A stretch of 64,000 bases of DNA from an uncultured virus (IMG/VR IMGVR_UViG_3300018065_000015) (taxonomy: Duplodnaviria > Heunggongvirae > Uroviricota > Caudoviricetes): positions 1 to 64,000 of IMG/VR virus record IMGVR_UViG_3300018065_000015. One strand, written 5' to 3'. The position numbers and the translations under genes were made by a program. Below are positions 18,334 to 26,431 of this stretch, in pieces. The notes beneath the pieces were generated by a model that worked only from the letters and a program-made list of their open reading frames with translations, made no database searches and had not been told where the DNA came from. How positions within the stretch are numbered: the stretch's first letter is position 1; each line of letters begins with the position of its first letter.

Positions 18334-18349
18334 TTATTCACGTCAATAA
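18334..18349. promoter_or_regulatory. TTATTC-N4-GAATAA palindrome, copy 2 (TTATTCACGTCAATAA)
   Basis: Flanks nearly identical to copy 1 (ATTTTATTCACG....AAGATTGGAGA); upstream of ATG 18362. Confidence 0.6.
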
Positions 18350-18361
18350 GATTGGAGACCG

Positions 18362-18616
18362 ATGGATTTCGAGGAAGCTCTGCGCCAGTGGTGCGCACGC
18401 AACCTGCAGGTCACGCTGAGCCACTTCGATCGTGACAACGGCTTGCTTGACTTGGTTCTCGACCTTTACGTGAATGGCGTCGTCGTTTCGACGGCGACCA
18501 CGATGGTCGATCTTAACGAGCTGCTCCGGAAACCCGAACCGGAGCCGGATCCGCCGTCCGACGAGCGGAATCCACGAGGCGTGCGGCTCGATCGCACGGA
18601 AAGCCCTGTGGTGTAA
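18362..18616 (+). CDS. Small hypothetical protein with C-terminal ERNPRGVRLDR tag
   Basis: GGAG RBS; the stop overlaps tRNA-Gln. Confidence 0.7.
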   Translation: MDFEEALRQWCARNLQVTLSHFDRDNGLLDLVLDLYVNGVVVSTATTMVDLNELLRKPEPEPDPPSDERNPRGVRLDRTESPVV

Positions 18617-18674
18617 TCGGTAACACACGGGATTTTGGTTCCCGTATTGCTAGGTTCGAGTCCTGCCGGGGCTT
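18602..18674 (+). tRNA. tRNA-Gln (TTG)
   Basis: Cloverleaf; CGGGA-TTTTGGT-TCCCG anticodon arm; T-loop TTCGAGT. Confidence 0.9.
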
Positions 18675-18676
18675 CT

Positions 18677-19387
18677 ATGGCAATGATTGCTGAGGCTTTG
18701 CCAATCATCCAGTATCGCAACGATACAGTCGGCAACAGCCACCACGTGTCGCTACCAAGAGCTAAAACATGCCCGGGGCGGTCGCATCTTTGCGATGAGT
18801 TGTGCTACGGGAAAAAGGGGTGCTGCGCGCAGCCGCATTCCGTGGCGTCATATGAACGCTTCTACAAGGCAACACTGCGCGAAGACTTCGCCGATTGCAT
18901 GATCGCGCAGTTGGCACGCAAGCGTGCCGGCATCTTTCGCATCCATGCCGTGGGTGACTTCTACAGCGCGGCTTACATCAACAAATGGCGTAAGATCGTG
19001 CAGGCGTCGCCGCACATTAAGTTCTGGACGTATACTCGCTCCTGGCGGATTCCGTGGCTGTACAGACACCTGCGACAGCTAGCTGCGCTGCCAAACATGA
19101 GCATGTTCTGGTCCACAGACGCCGAAACGCATGCACGTAATGGTGCGCCGCCGCACGTACCGTATGTACGCGTAGCGCACCTCCGGTCGTCCGACGACGA
19201 GACCATCCCGTGGTACGCCGATGTTGTTTGGTGCGACCACCGTGGTGTAGTCTGGCCAGAGCCGTATCTACGATCCTGCCCGCAGGGTTTGGTCGAAGGA
19301 TGTAACTGCCGCGATTGTCAGTGGTGCGTTCAAAAATCGATGTCACGCCGTGATCGCTTGGCGCTGGGAACCGTACCAGCCACGTGA
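18677..19387 (+). CDS. Gp88-like protein (paralog 2)
   Basis: SLPRAKTCPG..LCDELCYGKKG, FRIHAVGDFYS, FWTYTRSW; clearly similar to 7443..8138. Confidence 0.8.
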   Translation: MAMIAEALPIIQYRNDTVGNSHHVSLPRAKTCPGRSHLCDELCYGKKGCCAQPHSVASYERFYKATLREDFADCMIAQLARKRAGIFRIHAVGDFYSAAYINKWRKIVQASPHIKFWTYTRSWRIPWLYRHLRQLAALPNMSMFWSTDAETHARNGAPPHVPYVRVAHLRSSDDETIPWYADVVWCDHRGVVWPEPYLRSCPQGLVEGCNCRDCQWCVQKSMSRRDRLALGTVPAT

Positions 19388-19394
19388 GGAAAAC

Positions 19395-19664
19395 ATGTCT
19401 ACACGCGATATTGAAGAACTTGAGGATGCGTTCGACGCACAGGTCGGACGTTGTGAGCCGAACAAAGTTGTCGGCATACAGTTTCAGGGTGAATGGTTAA
19501 AGCTTGGCAGTAAGAGCGCATGGCACGGCACCGGGCCGGCTAAGAACGCGCTGCGCCAGCGTCTACGATACATCACCCGCTGGGATCGTGAGGACGCGTC
19601 GCGTCTGTATGATCACCTCATCAACAACGGACTGATTGAGTTCGTTCCACTCATGCCCGAATAG
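19395..19664 (+). CDS. Hypothetical protein
   Basis: GAGG RBS, ATG 19395. Confidence 0.6.
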   Translation: MSTRDIEELEDAFDAQVGRCEPNKVVGIQFQGEWLKLGSKSAWHGTGPAKNALRQRLRYITRWDREDASRLYDHLINNGLIEFVPLMPE

Positions 19665-19673
19665 GAGTGCCCT

Positions 19674-19817
19674 ATGTCTGAGGAATCGGGTGATCGTAGC
19701 TTGGTACACATCGACGATGGCGGCTGCCTCGGTTGCGGCTGCTTCATCTTCTTGGTGTTGCTGGGCTTGGCGGCGCTATCGCTTGCGACGTCTTTCGGGC
19801 GATGGCTGTGCAGCTAA
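19674..19817 (+). CDS. Small membrane protein (47 aa)
   Basis: AGGAG RBS; MSEESGDRSLVHIDDGGCLGCGCFIFLVLLGLAALSLATSFGRWLCS; below the ORF-track size cutoff. Confidence 0.55.
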   Translation: MSEESGDRSLVHIDDGGCLGCGCFIFLVLLGLAALSLATSFGRWLCS

Positions 19818-20234
19818 ACGATGTATATTCCGAAGTGGGACGACGCATGTTCTGCAGGTAATTCTCCGTTTACGCTGCTAGTCTACGTTTTCGGCGACTG
19901 GGCGTGCTTGTCACCCTGGCACAGGCCGAATATCTATCCGAGGGTATGGTTGCCCGCGGGTTTACTTATCCAGCAGCACGGTGCGGCATCCGGATCACCG
20001 GCGGCCACGTGTTAATCTGGCTCAAAAATCGATTATTGGAGATGGGATATCTCAAATGCGGTTCGACCTATCCCCCAGGGGTTAATACCGCCGACGAGGA
20101 CGGTATGCAGTTAGATGGTCATGTAGCGCGTTCGAAGATAGCGTCCACTCCGTTGGTGATCCGCCCGATCGATCGGGTGGCTCATCGCGTATCCCGTGAT
20201 CGTTAATGTTCACCCCAATAGGAGAAAAGAAACA

Positions 20235-21587
20235 GTGCCAAATGACGGACTTGGTCCCCCACGTGTAGGGGACCGGTGCCGAGTCATCAAAGCCAGCATG
20301 TGGGCTCGTGCGGAAGATCGTGCCGGCAACTTAGTAGTCGGCGACACGTTCACCGTTGTCAGAGTCCGCGGAGTGCGTGCTGACGGCGGACCCGGAGTTG
20401 AATTCCGGACGTACGAGGGCAACCTTCACACCTTTCCGATCGGCGATGTCGAAGTCATCGCACGTGCGAGCGGTGAGGACGCCCCACAGGAATTCAGATC
20501 CGGTGATTTGGTACACGTCGTATCGAAACCGATTTCTGCGCACAACCCGCATCACGCCGGGTATCTGCAGCGCGGACATGTTATCCAGGTATCACACGCT
20601 GAGGACCGGTGGATTCATTACGATCTGCCGGGCGGCGGCACACAGTCGATACATGCGACTGATTGCCGCTTGCTCTGGCGTTCCGACGATGCAGAGATTA
20701 TACCTGGGTGCACTGTGACTGTGCTACGTAACAACGTCTCAGCGCGGAAGCAACACATCGGCGCTTTGCTGGAGGTAGGCGACCACCTGAGGGTGTTACG
20801 CACGGACGGTAAATCGGTTTGGTACAAACGTGTAAATGATGGCTACGGTCAAGAACACAATATCCCATATAAGGACGTCCGCCGTGACGGGTGTGATGAT
20901 GTGTTCAAAGACTGCCGCGCAAGAGACGTGGTAGTTGTCAAAAATCCGCACGGTTGCATGCACCCAGATGGGCATCGGCAGCTGCGCAAGGGTGACATGG
21001 TCACTGTCAGCAATCGCGATAGCTGCGGCATCGCGTATAAATACATCAATGCGGAGGGCAAGCTGGCTTTGGCCTGGTTGGACCACCGCGATATTGTGCT
21101 GTACAGACGACCGGTCGCCGGAGGTGCTGGGCCTCGACGCAAGAAGCCCAAGAAATCAAGCCGGTACCCTATGAAAGCCATGAGTACCGGTCGAACCAAA
21201 ACTGTTTCTGAAACCAAAGAAGGAGCTTGTGACGCTATGCAGTCATTCAACGCCAATCGAGAAGAGTATATCAAGTTGCTGGAGGCCCACTTCACCAAGT
21301 GCGAGGCCGCCAAGAAAGAAGCCGATGCCAGCATCGCCGCGGCGCTCAAGGAAGGCTCGGCGAAGATCACCGAACGCGTGGAGAAAGCCCCGACGAGCCA
21401 CGTCAGCGCGGACGTCAAGGTCGCCACGTATTCGGGGCCGAACATCGCCAACCTCGCGGCGCATATCGCGACGTTGAAGCGTTGCTGCGACGAGGTCGTT
21501 GAAGTCGACGCCCGCGAAGATCAGCAATACTTCGCCGAGCCGTCGGTCAACATGGACCGTCACGCGCAGGTTACGCTCAGCATGTAG
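20235..21587 (+). CDS. Protein with four tandem SH3/KOW-like repeats plus helical C-terminal domain
   Basis: Repeated GD-x-V-x-V...L-x-x-GD-x-x-x-V units; AGGAG RBS, GTG start. Confidence 0.7.
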   Translation: MPNDGLGPPRVGDRCRVIKASMWARAEDRAGNLVVGDTFTVVRVRGVRADGGPGVEFRTYEGNLHTFPIGDVEVIARASGEDAPQEFRSGDLVHVVSKPISAHNPHHAGYLQRGHVIQVSHAEDRWIHYDLPGGGTQSIHATDCRLLWRSDDAEIIPGCTVTVLRNNVSARKQHIGALLEVGDHLRVLRTDGKSVWYKRVNDGYGQEHNIPYKDVRRDGCDDVFKDCRARDVVVVKNPHGCMHPDGHRQLRKGDMVTVSNRDSCGIAYKYINAEGKLALAWLDHRDIVLYRRPVAGGAGPRRKKPKKSSRYPMKAMSTGRTKTVSETKEGACDAMQSFNANREEYIKLLEAHFTKCEAAKKEADASIAAALKEGSAKITERVEKAPTSHVSADVKVATYSGPNIANLAAHIATLKRCCDEVVEVDAREDQQYFAEPSVNMDRHAQVTLSM

Positions 21588-21622
21588 CAAACCATCAGAG
21601 TGTCTTTCTCAAGAAAGGCAAC

Positions 21623-21660
21623 AGGGGCGGCGGTTGACCGCTTCCGCCGCCCCTACTTTT
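21623..21660 (+). terminator. Rho-independent terminator
   Basis: AGGGGCGGCGG/CCGCCGCCCCT stem followed by a T-rich tract. Confidence 0.7.
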
Positions 21661-21694
21661 ACTTTCAAGCATACAACTACCGGGAGGGTTCACA

Positions 21695-22204
21695 ATGAAC
21701 AGACGAGACATGCTGAAGACATCGGCCGCTGCCGTTGCGGCCACCGGGATGCTCCCGCGCGCGGAAGCCAAACCCACACCGACGGGCGACAAACAGATCA
21801 TCGAACATTACGCCGCGACGATCTATGCGATCCCAGTCGTGGCCGCCCGGCGTGTTCTGGGCCTCTACCGCGGTGACTACAGCCTGTCCGTGTTGAAGGA
21901 CGGCCAGCTGCTCGGCAATGCCAGGATAGTCGTTGCAACCGAAGAGGACATCGACCGGTTCTTCAAGCCCGTGGCCGTCGGAGACGGTTTTACTCCGCGG
22001 ATGGTAGCGAAGATACCGTCGGTGCGCTTCGGTGACGATCTCACTCTTAGAGACTTCTGGGTCTATACCGATCCGCCGGAGCCGGCCGACGGCTTCGTGA
22101 ACCGTGAGGGTGCTGGCAAACTGATCGGCCTGCCGTACGCAACCTACGGCGGACGCCTCTGGAGAATGAAAGGACGTAAGCTCTATGAAATTCGGGACTC
22201 TTAG
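21695..22204 (+). CDS. Protein with twin-arginine (Tat) signal peptide
   Basis: MNRRDMLKTSAAAVAATGMLPRAEA: RR motif, hydrophobic region, AxA cleavage site. Confidence 0.7.
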   Translation: MNRRDMLKTSAAAVAATGMLPRAEAKPTPTGDKQIIEHYAATIYAIPVVAARRVLGLYRGDYSLSVLKDGQLLGNARIVVATEEDIDRFFKPVAVGDGFTPRMVAKIPSVRFGDDLTLRDFWVYTDPPEPADGFVNREGAGKLIGLPYATYGGRLWRMKGRKLYEIRDS

Positions 22205-23075
22205 CGTCGTTTGCGGCACGTCCGCATGCAACGCCGGCTGCCCGTTCTGCGTGAGCAAGATGACCACGCAGGCAGAAACCGTAAAGAGGCCAAACTGGAG
22301 GCGATGTGAGGTCGCCTGCGAATTGGCAAAGCGCAGCGGCGTGACCACTGCGCTGATTACCGGTAAAGGCGAGCCCACACTCGTCCCCAAAGAGATTTCC
22401 GCCTACGTCCGCCGCCTCGCCGTGCACTTCCCGTTGATCGAACTGCAGACCAACGGGATTATGCTGGCACACGAGAAGGACGACAGATGGATAAACGAGT
22501 GGGCGTGCTCCGGCATGACGCTCATCTGTGTCTCGGTGGTACATCACGAGAAACTGATCAACAGCGACATGATGGGCTACAAAGGCAAGGAGTTCGAGCT
22601 GTCGACGCTGATCGAGCGCATCCACAAAGCCGGTATGTCCGTGCGGATCAACTGCACGGCCATGAAAGGCGGCGTTGAGACGTCCGACCACATCCACGAC
22701 ATGATCGACTTCTGCGCCTGCTTCGATGTCGAGCAGTTCACTATCCGCGAGGTCACTGCGCCGGACGCTGACGAACGCGTCGCACATCCCGGCGTCGCCA
22801 AATGGGTCCACGAGCATCAGCTCAACCAAAAGGACAGTGACGGCGCTAAGATCGCCGGCGATCTGGCCATCCAGCGCGCAGTCGAGGAGCTGGGTGGGCA
22901 GAAACTGCTGGCACTTCCACATGGCGCAATGGTCTACGATGTCGGAGGCCAGAACGTCTGCACGAACAATTGCTTGACGGATACGCTCAATCCAGAAGAG
23001 ATCCGCCAGCTCATTTACTTCCGGGACGGCCATTTGAGGTACGACTGGAAGTATCCCGGTGCTATCATCATCTAG
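22185..23075 (+). CDS. Radical SAM protein
   Basis: CNAGCPFC (CxxxCxxC), ITGKGEPTL, LQTNG motifs. Confidence 0.85.
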   Translation: MKFGTLSVVCGTSACNAGCPFCVSKMTTQAETVKRPNWRRCEVACELAKRSGVTTALITGKGEPTLVPKEISAYVRRLAVHFPLIELQTNGIMLAHEKDDRWINEWACSGMTLICVSVVHHEKLINSDMMGYKGKEFELSTLIERIHKAGMSVRINCTAMKGGVETSDHIHDMIDFCACFDVEQFTIREVTAPDADERVAHPGVAKWVHEHQLNQKDSDGAKIAGDLAIQRAVEELGGQKLLALPHGAMVYDVGGQNVCTNNCLTDTLNPEEIRQLIYFRDGHLRYDWKYPGAIII

Positions 23076-23188
23076 GAGACTAAGATGAAGGAACACCACC
23101 AGCTTGCGGCAGTATTAATAGGCACGCTGCTTATCCCGGCGCTGCTGGTACTGACGTATGCTATCCTTTATGCCTATGGGGATTGACC

Positions 23189-23416
23189 ATGGGAAACCGA
23201 CGACGCAAAACCGGCGGCAAACGCCGGAAAAGTGTACGTTGCACCCTGTGCACCGACGTTCGGTGGCTGGGCAACGCCTCGGGTAGATTCAAACGCAAAG
23301 ACGAACTCGAGATGCGCGACCGAGGGCGCTTGGAGGAGTTCGAGAAGGAGAAAGACGATGGCCAAACTACTGGGCCAGGGGGTGAACACCCTCAAGAAGA
23401 TGAAGAACGACTGTGA
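23189..23416 (+). CDS. Small basic Cys-containing protein
   Basis: R/K-rich N-terminus, CTLC motif. Confidence 0.45.
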   Translation: MGNRRRKTGGKRRKSVRCTLCTDVRWLGNASGRFKRKDELEMRDRGRLEEFEKEKDDGQTTGPGGEHPQEDEERL

Positions 23417-24143
23417 AAAAGTCGTGACCAAGCAGTACCAGTTGCTGCAGGTCTCGCAGTCCTTCGGTGGGTATGACAAGTCGTACACGCCGCTGGACGA
23501 AGACGGTCGTCAGCTGCCCAGCGAGGGGCAGACGATCAAGCAGGACCCGCGCGATCTCGTCGCCCGCGTCGAGAAAGAGTGGACCGCACTTTTCGACATG
23601 ATGGCGGGCTGCGACAAGACGAACTGCACGGCCGCAGCGGACATCGTGGTCCGCGACGAAGCCGGCGACCCGTTCGTCATCGCCGAGCGCGTGCCCGTCA
23701 CGACGCTGATGCCGCTGCAGAAGAAAGCAGACGACATCCTCACACTCATCCGCCACATCCCGACGCTCTCGATGAGCCGTACGTGGACGTGGGACGACAA
23801 CGCAAACTGCTACGTGTCGGATGAGGAGTTCACGGACAAGACCGAAAAGGTGCACCGCCACCAGATCGTCGTCGAGCCCACCGAATTCCACCCGGCGCAG
23901 ACGCATACGTACACCGAGGACCGCCCGATCGGTACCTGGCGAACGGTTTGGACCACGTCCTGCCGTCCGGCAGCCGAAGTGGCGGCCATGGAGGCGCGCG
24001 CCATTGCATTCAAATACGCAATCGGCGAAGCTGTGCAGAAGGCCAACACGGCCGAAATGCAAGAGAGAAAGATCGCCAAGCCGATCTTTGATTGGATCCT
24101 TCGGGGAGTGAAGCCTGCAGCCCAACAGCCCAGCGAGGCATAG
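23358..24143 (+). CDS. DUF7873-like protein
   Basis: Y.PLDEDG..LP.E, D.TNC.A.ADIVV, VPVT.L..L.K, IPTL, HPAQ...TED..IG.W, AV..AN pattern; AAGGAG RBS. Family name recalled, not verified. Confidence 0.7.
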   Translation: MAKLLGQGVNTLKKMKNDCEKVVTKQYQLLQVSQSFGGYDKSYTPLDEDGRQLPSEGQTIKQDPRDLVARVEKEWTALFDMMAGCDKTNCTAAADIVVRDEAGDPFVIAERVPVTTLMPLQKKADDILTLIRHIPTLSMSRTWTWDDNANCYVSDEEFTDKTEKVHRHQIVVEPTEFHPAQTHTYTEDRPIGTWRTVWTTSCRPAAEVAAMEARAIAFKYAIGEAVQKANTAEMQERKIAKPIFDWILRGVKPAAQQPSEA

Positions 24144-24149
24144 GCGCAG

Positions 24150-24500
24150 GCATAACAGAGCTTTAGAGTCAGGTTTAGATTTATGTTAGAGGGACCCGTG
24201 CGCTCTGCGCACTTTTAGGTTCGAGTCCTGACGCGGGCACTTTTTCGACTGTCCGTGTGGCGAAATTGGAAAACGCAGGTCCCCTCCCAGCAGACTTCGA
24301 CAGCTTACTCCTAGGCTCACATAGGTTTGTCATGATGTGCAATCAATCGCTACGAGAAACCCATTTTGAATATACGGGTTAGATTCCCGTCCCGGCCTCC
24401 TTATTGTCCACACGCTACCCATAAGGGCCGGGTCGTATAATGTTAATACGTTCAACATACTCAGACTAACCTCGTGGCTTAAACGGTGGACAGTGCATAT
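24150..24500 (+). ncRNA. Structured RNA with two circularly permuted tRNA-like modules
   Basis: Order T arm > acceptor 3' strand > linker > acceptor 5' strand > D arm at 24190-24285 and again at 24366-24455. Confidence 0.75.
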
Positions 24501-24565
24501 CTGCGTTTACGCTAAACCGAACCCAGGGCCCCCCCTGTCAGGACAATATGGGTTAGGGGCCCGCC

Positions 24566-24639
24566 AGTGCCGAGTCAATAGTCGACAGCCGTGGCTTCAC
24601 AGCCTTGCGGTAGCCCGGTGCGATCCCGGGTCGGCGCTC
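24566..24639 (+). ncRNA. Atypical tRNA-like element (8-bp acceptor, TCA in loop)
   Basis: AGTGCCGA/TCGGCGCT acceptor; CCCGG-TGCGATC-CCGGG T arm; bulged anticodon arm containing CTTCACA. Confidence 0.5.
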
Positions 24640-24658
24640 TCATAGAAAGGAGGACGAC

Positions 24659-25012
24659 ATGTCCGAAGAACTCGATACCAGTACCGACATCTCGCCGTCC
24701 GACGACGGATCGGAACTGAACGTACACATCGACCTCACGCCGAAAAACGACAAGTCGGAGACGTTGGTGTGCAACTGGTGTGCTGAGCCGCACGCCGTCG
24801 ACGCTGATTACAAGGAAGCGATGCTCGAACGTGGCGAAGAGCAGCTTATGGTGCTCCGCCAGCAGTATCCCGACAAAGCCGAGGTGCACGAGCTCGAGCC
24901 CGACCAGACATGGACATGCGGCAGGTGCTTGCTATTCCTGTGCGGGCATTCGCCCGATTCCATGCGAACCGACTGCCACGATCACGCAGTCCCAGAAGAG
25001 AGACAAACGTGA
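24659..25012 (+). CDS. Hypothetical zinc-binding protein
   Basis: AGGAGG RBS; CNWC and CGRC pairs. Confidence 0.65.
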   Translation: MSEELDTSTDISPSDDGSELNVHIDLTPKNDKSETLVCNWCAEPHAVDADYKEAMLERGEEQLMVLRQQYPDKAEVHELEPDQTWTCGRCLLFLCGHSPDSMRTDCHDHAVPEERQT

Positions 25013-25230
25013 TGAGCGTCGAGTATATCGACACTGACTTGTGGACGAAACGGTGCGGCAGCGACTACAGCCGCAACCGCTTCTCGCTCGGCCTGGCGCT
25101 CAGCCGCGTCGACTGCTTGGACTTCATCCTTGTGAGTGTGTACATCGGCCCCTGGAAACTCTGGTGGCGTACACGCACCAAGGCGGAACGCATCAAAAAG
25201 GCCGAGGCCGCTTGGCCTTGGTGGTACTAA
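25012..25230 (+). CDS. Small hypothetical protein
   Basis: TGATG coupling to the upstream gene. Confidence 0.5.
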   Translation: MSVEYIDTDLWTKRCGSDYSRNRFSLGLALSRVDCLDFILVSVYIGPWKLWWRTRTKAERIKKAEAAWPWWY

Positions 25231-25242
25231 AAGGAGGATACG

Positions 25243-25494
25243 ATGTCATGGAGAAAATTCTGGCGCGATTTGCGATGTTTTGCGGCCGGAGAACCCAGTC
25301 CCCGCAACGTAACTCTCGGCGAGGCTCACATCAAACATTTGGCCGGCGGAGGCAACATTGTTTTGCCCCGCAACACCGTCAAGATCACGTTTGCCGACCT
25401 CGGCCTCGAAGGCATGCTCGCAGCCATCTCGTCAGGACATCTTACTATTGACGCCGTCGGCGATGACTTCGTCTACAGAAAGGAAGACGCTTGA
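25243..25494 (+). CDS. Small hypothetical protein
   Basis: AGGAGG RBS. Confidence 0.6.
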   Translation: MSWRKFWRDLRCFAAGEPSPRNVTLGEAHIKHLAGGGNIVLPRNTVKITFADLGLEGMLAAISSGHLTIDAVGDDFVYRKEDA

Positions 25495-26087
25495 AATCGA
25501 TTGTACACGAGGACTTTTTCAAGAGCCTCAAGCGCCTGTGCCGCTCCAAGTGGCACCCATCAAACCTCTGGTACCGGTTCAAATGTTGGGCCTGGAAGAG
25601 GTATACCACGATCAAGCCACGCAATCTCGACCATACGTGGTGCGATCGCTGTGAACTACTCCCGCACATGATGTTCGAGATCTTGGGCGAGTTCATCGAG
25701 AAGGAGTGCTCGCCCGGCCATGTCGAGTGGTACGGCGAGCACGGCCACAAGATCGAAGTCGATGGCGAGGAAGTCTACGTCATGGACGAGATGAAAGCCC
25801 TGTGGGAGTGGTTCACTGAGAAGTACATGAAGGCCTACCCGGAAGCCGAGGAGATGATCTACGATCGCATCCGCGCGATCGACGAGCAGCATCTGAAAGC
25901 ACACTTCGTTCCGTACGGAGACAGCGACGACCTCGTCGAGTGGGACCCGCAGTACGACGATGCTTCTAAGAAAGAGTTTGTCTCGAAGCTGTACTCGGAG
26001 TGCAGCGAACGCGAGCAGCTCGTTGAAGAAGAGAAGGCGGAGATGATGCACCGCCTCGTCAACATTCACCGGTATATGTGGACTTGA
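25491..26087 (+). CDS. Hypothetical phage protein
   Basis: Coupled ORF; WCDRCELLPHMMFEILGEFIEKE...RLVNIHRYMWT. Confidence 0.7.
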   Translation: MKSIVHEDFFKSLKRLCRSKWHPSNLWYRFKCWAWKRYTTIKPRNLDHTWCDRCELLPHMMFEILGEFIEKECSPGHVEWYGEHGHKIEVDGEEVYVMDEMKALWEWFTEKYMKAYPEAEEMIYDRIRAIDEQHLKAHFVPYGDSDDLVEWDPQYDDASKKEFVSKLYSECSEREQLVEEEKAEMMHRLVNIHRYMWT

Positions 26088-26090
26088 ATT

Positions 26091-26384
26091 ATGGATGTAG
26101 AGACGTATTTGCGGGAGCATTCTGTACTTGACGGCCACGGCAATCTGGACGGGGAGTTTGTGCCCCTACCGATAGCATGGTTAGCTGTGCAGATGCATTC
26201 CGAAGGTAAACTCGAACTCTTACCGCGGTCGTGGGTGCGGGACGATCACGTAGGCAGTCTCAGTGTCATAGCGGCTGGTGTGGATCCCAACCACCAGACC
26301 GACCACTGCGACCACTGCGGATATGTCTTCGCAGAGAAAGATGACGAGATTATCCCGACATGCACACACACACTGAGCATGTGA
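26091..26384 (+). CDS. Hypothetical protein
   Basis: ORF directly following the upstream stop. Confidence 0.55.
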   Translation: MDVETYLREHSVLDGHGNLDGEFVPLPIAWLAVQMHSEGKLELLPRSWVRDDHVGSLSVIAAGVDPNHQTDHCDHCGYVFAEKDDEIIPTCTHTLSM

Positions 26385-26431
26385 CCCTATGCCGGACCTG
26401 CTACAACAAGGCCGGAACGAATGTACGTTAG

